From: a virus
Direction: 5' to 3' (one strand)
IMG/VR virus record: IMGVR_UViG_3300046779_001269
Location: 64,001-128,000 of that record
DNA: 64,000 bases
Below, piece by piece: positions 1-9,288 of this stretch. Position numbers and translations under genes: made by a program. The notes below the pieces were generated by a model. It was given only the letters and a program-made list of their open reading frames with translations, made no database searches and was not told where the DNA came from. Position 1 is the first letter of the stretch. The number at the start of each line of letters is the position of its first letter.

Positions 1-867
1 TTCTTTTGTTGTGATAATTTGTTTTGCAGGACCAAACAGGCCTTCCAAAACCAACTTATGTGTCTTGGTTCCGTCCAAAGTACCAGTCATACCAATACGA
101 TATTGTGTATTTGATAGTGAGGTCATAATCGTGGTCAACGATTGAGCCTTGAACAAGTGTGCCTCATCACCAATAACATAATCAAACTGTTCAAAGTATT
201 CTTTAGGCATTTTGAACAGAGATTGCCATGTAGATATGGTCAACGACTTGTCTGTTTCTTTGACCATGCCTTTGTAGTCATAGATTTTATGTACATTATC
301 TTCAACATAAAAACCATTGTGAGATGAGTAATCTTGGAAGTCTGTATACATTTGTTCAACCAGAGATGTGGTCGGAACAATCATAAGACCTTTGAGTTGT
401 TGATAATTGTGCAACTGTCTATACAATAGATATGCAATCAGGGACTTACCAGACGATGTTGGAGACACGAACAGTGCTCGGTGTGACTGCATGGAGTGTA
501 CGAATGCTTCCAACTGGTGCGGATGCACTTCCAATTTCTTTCCTTGTGAGTGTATATTGAGTTGTTCTGCAAACTTCTTTGCATGGTACATTGAGAATTC
601 AGATTCAACAATGTTATCCTCATAACTATACTCTCTATCTTCGCAGAAAGATTTGATATATGGAATTAGACCAAGATAGATTTGTTGTGTTTGTAGATTG
701 AATAACCGTATCTTACCGTCCCAAATCTTATTCCTGAAGGCAGGAACAAACTGGAAACCTGGTACAAAGAAGGTGAAGAACTGTGATAATTCCATTGCCA
801 CGTGACGTTCACAAGTCACCTTGGCATACACACCATCTTTTTTGATTATAACAACATCACTGGCCAT
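1..867 (-). CDS. uvsW: UvsW-like SF2 DNA helicase (5' part; runs off the left edge; not in the ORF track)
   Basis: Manual translation from ATG at 867: MASDVVIIKK...FFTFFVPGFQFVPAFRNKIWDGKIRLFN, Walker A SPTSSGKS and GDEAH motif; overlaps the uvsY stop. Confidence 0.93.
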   Translation of the reverse strand, partial: MASDVVIIKKDGVYAKVTCERHVAMELSQFFTFFVPGFQFVPAFRNKIWDGKIRLFNLQTQQIYLGLIPYIKSFCEDREYSYEDNIVESEFSMYHAKKFAEQLNIHSQGKKLEVHPHQLEAFVHSMQSHRALFVSPTSSGKSLIAYLLYRQLHNYQQLKGLMIVPTTSLVEQMYTDFQDYSSHNGFYVEDNVHKIYDYKGMVKETDKSLTISTWQSLFKMPKEYFEQFDYVIGDEAHLFKAQSLTTIMTSLSNTQYRIGMTGTLDGTKTHKLVLEGLFGPAKQIITTKE

Positions 868-1291
868 TTACGAATTTTTCCCATGAAATAAAATCACGCA
901 GTTGCCACGTTCTTTGTTTCAACTCTTGCATGATTGCTTCTACAACAGCAACCACCTCATCGTGATATGCTTTCTTTTCAAGCAGTTTAATTAAGTCTTT
1001 GTCAGCCTCAAGATATGTGGTTATATCAGACTTGAGTGCAAACTGAAATGGTTCCCAACCATATTCTTCTAGTTCTTCCTGTGACATTTTACCAGTAAAG
1101 TATTCCCATTTGACCTTACGCATACGCAAGTAATCAAAGTTAGCCTTCTGTTTTGCAATTCTGTGTTTAGTTAGAATTGCCAAGTATTTACTGTGGTATA
1201 CAGGAATGTTTAGTAATTCTTTGGATGGTTCAGTCTGGTCAATGACTGCATCTTTTTCCCACATTTTAAGTATCTGTTCAAGTGTTTCCAT
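857..1291 (-). CDS. uvsY: UvsY recombination mediator
   Basis: WEKDAVID...YHSKYL...YLEAD...IMQELKQRTWQLRDFISWEKF pattern; gp3-uvsY-uvsW order; ATG at 1291 preferred over the TTG at 1309. Confidence 0.88.
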   Translation of the reverse strand: METLEQILKMWEKDAVIDQTEPSKELLNIPVYHSKYLAILTKHRIAKQKANFDYLRMRKVKWEYFTGKMSQEELEEYGWEPFQFALKSDITTYLEADKDLIKLLEKKAYHDEVVAVVEAIMQELKQRTWQLRDFISWEKFVNGQ

Positions 1292-1318
1292 TTTAATCTC
1301 AAAAAACAAATAATATAG

Positions 1319-1347
1319 ATTATATCAGAATAGTATTATAATGTCAA
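1319..1347 (-). promoter_or_regulatory. Consensus sigma70-type promoter for uvsY-uvsW
   Basis: Minus strand TTGACA-17 nt-TATAAT, with TG-n before the -10 (extended -10). Confidence 0.85.
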
Positions 1348-1848
1348 GTATTTGTATGATTCGTATCTAAAATTTGCCGTAGCTGTTATGATAGTTTCGG
1401 CTGATAAAGTTGTGTCGAATTGTATGTCTGACATAGACAAAGGAAATACATTTAGGTATTGTATTCTTATAACTGGATTATTCAACGCATTTAATACCGT
1501 AAGAGTGGCATCTGAAAAGTGTTTATTAACTTTACTATTTGTATCACTGTTTCTATCACCAAAGCCATCAGGACCAGCAATTGATATAAACCAATCGTAC
1601 ATATTCTTCCATGATTCCATTTCTTCATCAATTGTGAATGATACATCCAATTGATTGTAACTTAGTTTGGTACCAGGAGAATATTGATCCAAGAATGGAG
1701 TCGCTCTAACAACCTCACCTAGAGATAGTCCAGGCAAGTTAACTGATTGACAGAAATACTGTACCGCTGGCATTCTACTGAATGTCAACAAGAACTTGGT
1801 AGGTTGTAATAAGTTGGTGTTTTGTGGTGCTCTATTGAATACAGACAT
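1336..1848 (-). CDS. gp3: Tail tube terminator / tail completion protein gp3
   Basis: NLLQPTKF...YFCQSVNLPG...FTIDEEM...WF...SDATL...FPLSMSDIQF; lies downstream of gp23. Confidence 0.88.
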   Translation of the reverse strand: MSVFNRAPQNTNLLQPTKFLLTFSRMPAVQYFCQSVNLPGLSLGEVVRATPFLDQYSPGTKLSYNQLDVSFTIDEEMESWKNMYDWFISIAGPDGFGDRNSDTNSKVNKHFSDATLTVLNALNNPVIRIQYLNVFPLSMSDIQFDTTLSAETIITATANFRYESYKYLTL

Positions 1849-1867
1849 TTAATTTCCTCATATGTAT

Positions 1868-1875
1868 TATTTAGG
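1868..1875 (-). promoter_or_regulatory. T4-type late promoter variant (CCTAAATA) for gp3
   Basis: TAAATA core between the gp23 terminator and the gp3 RBS. Confidence 0.5.
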
Positions 1876-1879
1876 AGCC

Positions 1880-1907
1880 AAAAAAAAGACCACCCGAAGG
1901 TGGTCTT
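1880..1907 (-). terminator. Rho-independent terminator after gp23
   Basis: GACCACC-TTCG-GGTGGTC then a run of T on the minus strand; C(UUCG)G tetraloop; a second small hairpin lies at 1914-1929. Confidence 0.9.
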
Positions 1908-1946
1908 GAAAACGACACTCTGTGGTGTCTTTGTTTTCCTTGATAA

Positions 1947-3296
1947 TTACATCAAGTTCTTTACTGCAAAAATGCGGTAGTACACGTTTGAGCGTGGTGT
2001 GATTTGGTTTGTGGCTGCGCCGTTTGCCAAAGCACCCTTTGCGAATGGGTTTGGAACCATGCCGTAACGAGTCTTGAAACCAATCTTTGGTTGGAATGTG
2101 AACTGGTCAACTGCACGAACCATTTGTAGAGGAACGTATGGGCAGTAGAACAAACCAGCGTCATAAGGAGATGAACCCTTGTAACCAACTGTTACCAATT
2201 CTTGGTTAGATGTGTAACCACCGAAGTATGGGTCGATGTACACTTTGATACGACCGTGCAACAAACCAGCGAAGGTGTTACCTGTGTCATCAACTTGCAA
2301 GTCAGCTTGCAATGCAGGTGTGTACTGCAATACGCCAGCCATAGCCATAGCAGATGCAACGTCTGAAGAAACAATCAGAACGTTACCTTTACCACGACGA
2401 GTCTGTTTTGCAATAACGTTTGCATCACGTTCGATTTGGAAAATCAAACCTTTGAAACGTTCAACTGACCAACGACCGTTAGAGTCTGTGTCCAAGTCGA
2501 AAGCACCAGCAGTTGTAACACCGTATTGAGCACCAGCAACAGCAGATGTGTAGATAGTACGGATAACTTCACGGTTGATTTCAGCCAAGATTTCTGTTGA
2601 CAGAATGTTTGACAATTCTGTTTCAGCATCCAAACCATGGATTGCCTTCAAGTCTTGTGCCAATTCAAGTGAGTATTCTGCCTTCAAAGCACGGCTTTGA
2701 GCAGTAACTGTAACCTTCTCGATAGAGAAAGCCATTTGACCGAACACGCTATCTGAATCTGCACCAAGTGCTTCAGCAGTAGCTGTAGGCATACCAATAC
2801 CTGTTGTGAATGCGTTAGCAGTCAATGATGCAACTGGGTTTGTTGCGATATCATTGTCTGGTGTTGTTGTACCACGGAAACCGTATGGGTTAGCAGCAGA
2901 TGAAGCACCAGAGAATACTGTGTTTGCTTCGTTGAAGAATGCTTCTGCGCCAGTTTGGTTTGCGTAACGAGCACGCATTGCGAAAATCAAACCTGTTGGG
3001 CCTGTCATTGGCTGAACGCCAGCAACATCATAAGCAATCAAGTTTGGCAATGAACGGCGAACCAAGCTAATCAAGATTGGGTCGAAGTTGCTGATTGCAG
3101 AACCAGTAACGTTGGTAGGTGCACCTGTACCGTATGCTGTTTCATTCAAAGCTTGTGCATCTTGGTGCATAGCTTGTTGTTGGTTTTCCAAAACAAGTGC
3201 TGTAACTGCTTTCTTGTATGGGTCTTTAATTGCTTCTAATTCTGGGTGTTCCAGAACTGGTTGCCATTTCTTTTGTAGTTCTTCTGTTAGATACAT
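1947..3296 (-). CDS. gp23: Major capsid protein gp23
   Basis: GVQPMTGPTGLIFAMR, SRALKAEYSLELAQDLKAIHGLDAETEL, YCPYVPL, QPKIGFKTRYG. Confidence 0.99.
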   Translation of the reverse strand: MYLTEELQKKWQPVLEHPELEAIKDPYKKAVTALVLENQQQAMHQDAQALNETAYGTGAPTNVTGSAISNFDPILISLVRRSLPNLIAYDVAGVQPMTGPTGLIFAMRARYANQTGAEAFFNEANTVFSGASSAANPYGFRGTTTPDNDIATNPVASLTANAFTTGIGMPTATAEALGADSDSVFGQMAFSIEKVTVTAQSRALKAEYSLELAQDLKAIHGLDAETELSNILSTEILAEINREVIRTIYTSAVAGAQYGVTTAGAFDLDTDSNGRWSVERFKGLIFQIERDANVIAKQTRRGKGNVLIVSSDVASAMAMAGVLQYTPALQADLQVDDTGNTFAGLLHGRIKVYIDPYFGGYTSNQELVTVGYKGSSPYDAGLFYCPYVPLQMVRAVDQFTFQPKIGFKTRYGMVPNPFAKGALANGAATNQITPRSNVYYRIFAVKNLM

Positions 3297-3337
3297 GAAT
3301 TAACTCCTTGTAGGTATCTTTATTAAAAAAGGTAATT

Positions 3338-3345
3338 TATTTATT
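3338..3345 (-). promoter_or_regulatory. Late promoter variant (AATAAATA) for gp23
   Basis: TAAATA core about 40 nt upstream of gp23, at the gp22 stop. Confidence 0.55.
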
Positions 3346-4534
3346 ATTTTACCAAAGTCTGGGAAATTGTCTTGGCGTAAGCTTCAATCAAAGCATCTGA
3401 ACCTGCTGCCTTAGCTGGTTTTTCTTCTTCAATTAAAACTTCGTCATTCAATGCAGAACTGTCAGCAGTTTTCACATTAGAAGCAAAGTAAGATTCTTTC
3501 AATGTTTCTAGTTTACCTGCAAATTCTTCTTCGGTAGTAAATTCAATACCCTCTGTGAGTGATTTCATTTTTTCTACTTGAGTCTGCGTTAAGCCTTCAC
3601 AAACTGCGTGTACGGCTTCAATCTTTTTGTGTTCTTTGATTTCTTTTGACAAGTCGATAGCTGATTTGATTTGTTCATTCAATTCAGATTCTAGTTCTTC
3701 AACACGAGCTGTCAATTCTTCCACAACATCAACCTTGTCTGTTGGAATGTCAATGTAGTGTTCTACGAATAGGTTACGCAAGCCAGACATGAAATCTTCA
3801 ACGATTTCGGCACGTAGACCTTTTTCGATTGCCAATCTATTTTCTTCGATCCATTCTTCAACCATATAGTTTAGATAGTCGTCAACTTTAGATGCCAATT
3901 CTTCTTTGACTTGTTCAACAGCTTCGTTGAATTGTTCTTGCAATTGTTCTTCTGCTTCTGCAATAACTTCTTCTGCACGAGCAATAACTGCCGCTTCGAA
4001 GATTGTTGCTGCTTTGTTAGCAAATTCTTCAGAAAGGTTTTCGCCTTGCAACAAAGCGTCAATGTCTTCTTTCATCTTTTCTTTCTTCAATGCAGCCTTG
4101 ATTTGTTTTGCATCTTCAGCAGCATCTTCGTGACCTTCGTCTTTTTCTTCAGCAACTACTTCACCATCTTCTTCGGTTTCTTCACCGTAAGATTGGAATG
4201 TAGCACCTGGGTTCTTTGCCATAGTTTGTTTACCTGGCTTACCTTCTGGTTGGTCAACAGAACCAGATTGTGCTGGTTGACCAGACAATTTCTTCATTGG
4301 TTCTGAACCGACTGGAGGTGTTGCTCCTGGTGCAGTTGCTGTTGGTGCGCCTTTGTGTGCATCTGGTGCACCATCGGTTGTCTTAGTAACTTCTGTGCCA
4401 ATGTCGCCAGCTTCTTTAGTGCCGTATGCAACATCGCCAGATAATTTTTGGGGTTTATCTTGACCACCTTTTTTGCTTGATACTGACGCACCAAGAATTT
4501 CTTTAGCGGCTTCTGATAGGTTAAATCTTTTCAT
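3344..4534 (-). CDS. gp22: Prohead core scaffold protein gp22
   Basis: Acidic coiled coil; LSEEF..KAATIFEAAV, KVDDYLNY.VEEW, LFVEHYIDIP; lies between gp21 and gp23. Confidence 0.95.
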   Translation of the reverse strand: MKRFNLSEAAKEILGASVSSKKGGQDKPQKLSGDVAYGTKEAGDIGTEVTKTTDGAPDAHKGAPTATAPGATPPVGSEPMKKLSGQPAQSGSVDQPEGKPGKQTMAKNPGATFQSYGEETEEDGEVVAEEKDEGHEDAAEDAKQIKAALKKEKMKEDIDALLQGENLSEEFANKAATIFEAAVIARAEEVIAEAEEQLQEQFNEAVEQVKEELASKVDDYLNYMVEEWIEENRLAIEKGLRAEIVEDFMSGLRNLFVEHYIDIPTDKVDVVEELTARVEELESELNEQIKSAIDLSKEIKEHKKIEAVHAVCEGLTQTQVEKMKSLTEGIEFTTEEEFAGKLETLKESYFASNVKTADSSALNDEVLIEEEKPAKAAGSDALIEAYAKTISQTLVK

Positions 4535-4563
4535 TTTAAAAATCTCCTTGATTTTATATTGGA

Positions 4564-4571
4564 TATTTATA
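4564..4571 (-). promoter_or_regulatory. T4 late promoter TATAAATA for gp22
   Basis: Exact gp55-type consensus 30 nt upstream of gp22. Confidence 0.8.
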
Positions 4572-4572
4572 T

Positions 4573-5217
4573 TTAAAGTTTTTTCAGGAAGTTTTCGAAA
4601 ATTTGAAGACTAACTTTTTCAATATCCTTACGACTTGCTTGTCTAACTTGTGCAATCGCTTGTTCTTGATTCTGTTCAGTCCAGATTCCGTTAACTAACA
4701 TCCATTCTTTTCCTTCCATGATACCTTGCACGAAAGCACCAGGTGCGGAAGGGTCTGCTACAATATCTGCCGCTGTGGCTAGATAAAAGTCGGGTTGTAC
4801 TATGTTGACACCATTAACGGTCTTCAATGAACCCATACCTCTTGATGAAACACCGAGTTGTGCGCCGCCTTCGATTAGACTCTTGGCGATATTACCCATT
4901 GGTGTCTCTAAAATTTTTGCTTTACCAATCCACTGGTTACCATCTTCACGCAGTCCTTTGATAAGAATTGCGACACGGTCCAAGTTAATTGATGGTGTAT
5001 CTGGGTGACCCAGTTCACCGAAAGCACGGTTTTTATTGATATATTCTTCTGTATAACGACCAACTTCATTCTTCATGGTCTCAAATTCATACAGTCTTTT
5101 ATTCTTGTTAACTTTTTCGGCGACAAGGAAAGGTCCTTCAATAAAGAGGCTCTTCTTACCATCCGCATCTTCGGTAAGGTAATTTACCGTTTCGTTAATC
5201 TCTTTAATGAGTTTCAT
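4573..5217 (-). CDS. gp21: Prohead protease gp21
   Basis: GELGHP, GVSSRGMGSL, ADIVADPSAPGAFV. Confidence 0.98.
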   Translation of the reverse strand: MKLIKEINETVNYLTEDADGKKSLFIEGPFLVAEKVNKNKRLYEFETMKNEVGRYTEEYINKNRAFGELGHPDTPSINLDRVAILIKGLREDGNQWIGKAKILETPMGNIAKSLIEGGAQLGVSSRGMGSLKTVNGVNIVQPDFYLATAADIVADPSAPGAFVQGIMEGKEWMLVNGIWTEQNQEQAIAQVRQASRKDIEKVSLQIFENFLKKL

Positions 5218-5669
5218 AATCCCATTGCCTTTCTTCTTCTAAGAGACATTTTTCTCTTTCGTAATATCTGACTTCTCTTTGACCTCAATTTGATTTTAAC
5301 TCTCCTTGCTGCCATTTTTCTATTTCTTCTTTCCATCGGAGACATTCTAATCAGTTTTCCACCACGATAGGTGAAACCCTTTACATTAGAAAGTTTCTTT
5401 CTCCTCTGTACTTTTCCATTACGAACACGAACTCGAACCAATTTAGTTCTGCCCATTTTTTGTATGTTTGCTTCAGAAATACTTTCGTCATCTTCATACA
5501 ATTCATCATCTTCTTCTATCTCTTGCCATATGTCACCAAACATTTCTGTAGCTAACTGCATTTTAAATTGTTGGAGTTTTTGTTCCAACAATTCATTTAT
5601 ACGGTTATTAATATTCTCTTGGGATTCTAATAACTTTCCTTCAAGAATATTGGTGACAAAATCTTTCAT
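5214..5669 (-). CDS. Prohead core protein, gp68-like
   Basis: Acidic N-half and very basic C-half (RKRKMSLRRRKAMGL); immediately upstream of gp21. Confidence 0.7.
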   Translation of the reverse strand: MKDFVTNILEGKLLESQENINNRINELLEQKLQQFKMQLATEMFGDIWQEIEEDDELYEDDESISEANIQKMGRTKLVRVRVRNGKVQRRKKLSNVKGFTYRGGKLIRMSPMERRNRKMAARRVKIKLRSKRSQILRKRKMSLRRRKAMGL

Positions 5670-5670
5670 A

Positions 5671-6192
5671 TTACGGTTTTAAACTATATTCACCGTAGTT
5701 AAACGCAGCAGGATCATTAAACTGACCACGCTGATAGTATGCATTGTCTTTACGCAATTCAATAATCATTGTATAACTATCTCCAGCAGTCATGTTTCTG
5801 GTTGTGATACCAATGTCACCATTTCTTCCTGTGCCTGCATTGTTTGGTATTGTTGTCCAGTTACCCATGCCGTCAAATTCACCGTTACCACTCAAGTACA
5901 TAAGTGTTGCTGGTGTATCTGCTGTCCATAAAAGTTGTACATCACCGTTAGATGTGCAGTCATACCACAAACGATTTAGTGCCAATCCATAGTAGGCCTG
6001 TGTTGTGTTTGCTGAACCACCATGAATGTTTGCAACAGGATAACCGTTAGTAGCAAGAGCACCATATAGTGAGTTTGCAACAATACGAGCTGTATTACTT
6101 TCTTGACCAGAACCATCAAATGAACCTGTCAACTTAATAACAGTATGTTCAGTTGTGTCTTTAATCACTTGAGATGTGTATGAGTTTGCCAT
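5671..6192 (-). CDS. Hypothetical virion/head-associated protein (beta-rich)
   Basis: 173-aa ORF tightly packed in the head cluster; ends in a ...GDI..TT.....DSYTMIIELRK pattern. Confidence 0.6.
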   Translation of the reverse strand: MANSYTSQVIKDTTEHTVIKLTGSFDGSGQESNTARIVANSLYGALATNGYPVANIHGGSANTTQAYYGLALNRLWYDCTSNGDVQLLWTADTPATLMYLSGNGEFDGMGNWTTIPNNAGTGRNGDIGITTRNMTAGDSYTMIIELRKDNAYYQRGQFNDPAAFNYGEYSLKP

Positions 6193-6194
6193 TT

Positions 6195-6764
6195 TTATTT
6201 CCTATTGTTTTTTTGTGACCAAGAAAAATCTACTAATCGGTCAAACATTTCTCTACTTTGTTGTCCCATTTCAGCAACCATTTTTTTATTTTCTTTATCC
6301 AAAGAATTATATACTTCTAAAATGGTTGCAGCAGTCTGCACATTAACTTTTTTAGTTTTGCCATCTTCAAACATAATGGTCTTAGTATATCTATTTTCCA
6401 CTATATCTTTTAGATGTTCTACAATACCTTGGTCAACAATTTCAATTTCTTCGTTGACACCTGCAAGGCCTACATGAGCACTCCATTGCATTGGTGTGTA
6501 CGGTACCGATATGTATTTATTAATTTTATCCACAAAATACAACGCTACTCTTTGACCATTAGGGAACAACCTGATTGATGTTCTACGCATCAACAACACT
6601 GCTGGTGGATCTGATGGTAGTGCTGGTCCATTTCTAAATGCACCAGCTTCCATTATGCCAACTGAGTCTAATGTTTCCAATGGCATTTCATCCAAAGATA
6701 ATACTTCTTCGGTTACTTCCTCTTTTTGAGGTTGACTGGCAACAAACTCTTTAAGTGACTTCAT
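6195..6764 (-). CDS. Hypothetical protein, possible internal head protein
   Basis: 189 aa; MKSLKEF start and several hydrophobic-X-E sites like gp21 cleavage sites; in the head cluster. Confidence 0.55.
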   Translation of the reverse strand: MKSLKEFVASQPQKEEVTEEVLSLDEMPLETLDSVGIMEAGAFRNGPALPSDPPAVLLMRRTSIRLFPNGQRVALYFVDKINKYISVPYTPMQWSAHVGLAGVNEEIEIVDQGIVEHLKDIVENRYTKTIMFEDGKTKKVNVQTAATILEVYNSLDKENKKMVAEMGQQSREMFDRLVDFSWSQKNNRK

Positions 6765-6765
6765 A

Positions 6766-6960
6766 TTACTCAGCGGTTGGTTCTTCTTCTTGTTGTTCTT
6801 CTTGTTCTTCTTCTGGTGTAATCAAGTTCTTTGCAATGCTTTGTTTCATTGTATCCAGATGTGCAGTAACACGGTCATGAATGCCAGCATACAATGCATT
6901 ACGCATTTCTGCTCCATTGTCGTCTGCTGCATAGTCAATAATATCTCTAGTTGTTGGCAT
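6766..6960 (-). CDS. Prohead core protein, gp67-like
   Basis: Small protein with an acidic tail directly after the portal gene; has an RBS and its own late promoter. Confidence 0.7.
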   Translation of the reverse strand: MPTTRDIIDYAADDNGAEMRNALYAGIHDRVTAHLDTMKQSIAKNLITPEEEQEEQQEEEPTAE

Positions 6961-6981
6961 AATTTTCTCCTGGTAAAATAA

Positions 6982-6989
6982 TATTTATA
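6982..6989 (-). promoter_or_regulatory. T4 late promoter TATAAATA
   Basis: Exact consensus overlapping the gp20 stop codon. Confidence 0.8.
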
Positions 6990-8655
6990 GTATACGCTTC
7001 AATTTATCAAATGTTCTAGATTCATTCTTCTTCTTGGCCGCAGCAGCTGCATCAGCCATATCTTGTTGTGCTTGAATGTCATCTGGATGTGTAGGTTGAC
7101 CAGGTACATCACTCATCATCTGAGCCTGTGCAACGTCATTCATAACACCAACTGGCATTCCAAGACCTTCATCTTTCTCTTTGTCAATCTCTTTTTGCAT
7201 CTCTTTGATTTCGTCATCAGATAGACGCAATACATTTCTTTGAATCCATTTTTGTGAGAAGTAACGACCAGTGTATGGATCAACCGCACCCAATAGTTGT
7301 AAACGGTTAGTCATCAACTCTGCCTCTTTCAATTCAGCAAAGTTGTTGTCCTTGATAAAGTCGTAATGAATATGTTCTTTGAAGTCTTCCCATTCTTCTG
7401 CTGTACAAATACCTTTCAGTACACACTGAACTCTTAGTATTTGGTCGAACACATCAGAAAACTTATTGCGTAGGCGGTCCACAAATTTAGTAAATTTCAA
7501 TTCGTCACGTGTTACTTCAGCAACACGGCCAATAGAGAATCCTTGGTTTGGTTCTAACCTGGAGATTGGAACACACAAAGAACCATATAACTTCTTTTGG
7601 AAATATTTAACATCTTCCAACTCACCTAGGTTCTGTCCACCTGGTAGTGTGGTGATTTCTGTACCCTTACCACCTTCACGGCGAGGTAACCAGAAGTCTT
7701 CCATCATAGACATGAATTTACGGTCATCACGGACTTCACCTGTGTTGGCATCGTAAACTAATTTGTTTTTATACTTGACCATGATATCACGCAAGTATTG
7801 TTCCGCTTTCAACTTTGGTAAATTACCCACATCAATGTAGAAAATGCGGCGTTCTGGAGCTCTTGAAATACGGTATATGACCGTTGCATCCTCTATCATT
7901 CTTAATTGATTTAGAGGCTTAATTGCTTTATGTAAATAACTCAGAACAACTGAACGGCGTGAGTCCATTAGACCTGATACAACAGACACGATAGAATCAT
8001 TTGTGATTCTGATACCAACAGGTCCAAAATTGGATGAATTGCCTGTGGTAACCTTGTCGTTATAAATGTAATACTCATTGATAACCACATTCAGGTCTGC
8101 ACCAGTACGCTCGTCTTTTTTCTTTTTAATTTCACGAATCTTGCGTAGTTTTCGTGGATCAATGTATCTTAGTTCTTTGATACCAGCTGTTGGATTTTCT
8201 CTGTCGATAATCATGTGGTAGTACATTCTACCATCAATGTAATATCTGCGGAAAATATCTTGTGCCATGTTTTGGTAATTCAACATCTTTAATACAGATT
8301 TGAATTCTTCTTTGATGGCTTTTTTAATTTTATCTGGTTGTTTTAGGTCGTCTAAAATAATCTCTGTGATTCGACCGTCATCATCTTGTGTGATTGCCTC
8401 ATTAACTATGTCATCTATTGCCGACTCAATTTCTGGTTGCATTGCCATTTCACGGTAACGAGATATTAATTCCACCTCATTTTTGGCAGTACCATCCAAA
8501 TCTACATAAGTGCCATAATAGGCAGCAGATGTAATAGTTAATGCACCATCCTCATTCTGAGGGGGTGTAAATGATTGTTGGGTTGAAGCTTCTTCTTCCG
8601 CTTTGTCACGGGAGATAGTAAAACCGAACAATGAAAATTTATTTGATGTTGACAT
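6985..8655 (-). CDS. gp20: Portal vertex protein gp20
   Basis: YRISRAPERRIFYIDVGNLPK, EDFWLPRREGGKGTEITTLPGGQNLG. Confidence 0.99.
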   Translation of the reverse strand: MSTSNKFSLFGFTISRDKAEEEASTQQSFTPPQNEDGALTITSAAYYGTYVDLDGTAKNEVELISRYREMAMQPEIESAIDDIVNEAITQDDDGRITEIILDDLKQPDKIKKAIKEEFKSVLKMLNYQNMAQDIFRRYYIDGRMYYHMIIDRENPTAGIKELRYIDPRKLRKIREIKKKKDERTGADLNVVINEYYIYNDKVTTGNSSNFGPVGIRITNDSIVSVVSGLMDSRRSVVLSYLHKAIKPLNQLRMIEDATVIYRISRAPERRIFYIDVGNLPKLKAEQYLRDIMVKYKNKLVYDANTGEVRDDRKFMSMMEDFWLPRREGGKGTEITTLPGGQNLGELEDVKYFQKKLYGSLCVPISRLEPNQGFSIGRVAEVTRDELKFTKFVDRLRNKFSDVFDQILRVQCVLKGICTAEEWEDFKEHIHYDFIKDNNFAELKEAELMTNRLQLLGAVDPYTGRYFSQKWIQRNVLRLSDDEIKEMQKEIDKEKDEGLGMPVGVMNDVAQAQMMSDVPGQPTHPDDIQAQQDMADAAAAAKKKNESRTFDKLKRIL

Positions 8656-8685
8656 ATGTGTATTTTTTCATTTTCAAAAAAGCAT

Positions 8686-8709
8686 AAAAGGAGAACCCGA
8701 AGGTTCTCC
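8686..8709 (-). terminator. Rho-independent terminator after gp19
   Basis: GGAGAACC-TTCG-GGTTCTCC then TTTT on the minus strand. Confidence 0.8.
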
Positions 8710-8717
8710 GTAAATCA

Positions 8718-9260
8718 TTAAGTAGTTGTTTCTGCTTCCCACCATTGGAAGGCAAATGTTGCTGAGTATTCTTCGATAGAATCATTTGAACCCCAATCTA
8801 GGTCGATTGGTGCAATGTCTAACGGGAACACACCGACAAACTTATAAGTTTTCAATACGTTACCAGATTTACCATATTGGATAACTTCCGCATCAACAGA
8901 GTAATCACTAGGTGATTGGGCTTGAGCACCACGAAGGTTTCCGCCATGACTGTTGATTGCATTTAACCAAGATTCTAAACTGTTGCGAACTGAAAAATCT
9001 TCATCGTTGATGATTTGTAGTGTCCAATCTGGAAATGTTCTGTTACCTGGTAGTTTTAATTCACGACCAAAGTAATAAACAGGAACAGTACCGACTGTTG
9101 AACCTGGTAGTTGTGCGCCTTTGGCCATAAATGTTATTTTACGACCAGCATCGGCACCACCAGCTACAAATGTTGGAAAAACTAGAGACACAGAAAACAG
9201 ATTGGGACGAGCACCGTCTCCAACCATATTCGCTCTAAATTCTGCTACATTGAATGCCAT
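8718..9260 (-). CDS. gp19: Tail tube protein gp19
   Basis: GARPNLF, LPGS, GRELKLPGNRTF..W...INDEDF, IEEYSATFAFQWW. Confidence 0.98.
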   Translation of the reverse strand: MAFNVAEFRANMVGDGARPNLFSVSLVFPTFVAGGADAGRKITFMAKGAQLPGSTVGTVPVYYFGRELKLPGNRTFPDWTLQIINDEDFSVRNSLESWLNAINSHGGNLRGAQAQSPSDYSVDAEVIQYGKSGNVLKTYKFVGVFPLDIAPIDLDWGSNDSIEEYSATFAFQWWEAETTT

Positions 9261-9280
9261 TGTTTTCTCCTATTATCGTT

Positions 9281-9288
9281 TATTTATT
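9281..9288 (-). promoter_or_regulatory. Late promoter variant (AATAAATA) for gp19
   Basis: TAAATA core between gp18 and gp19. Confidence 0.55.
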
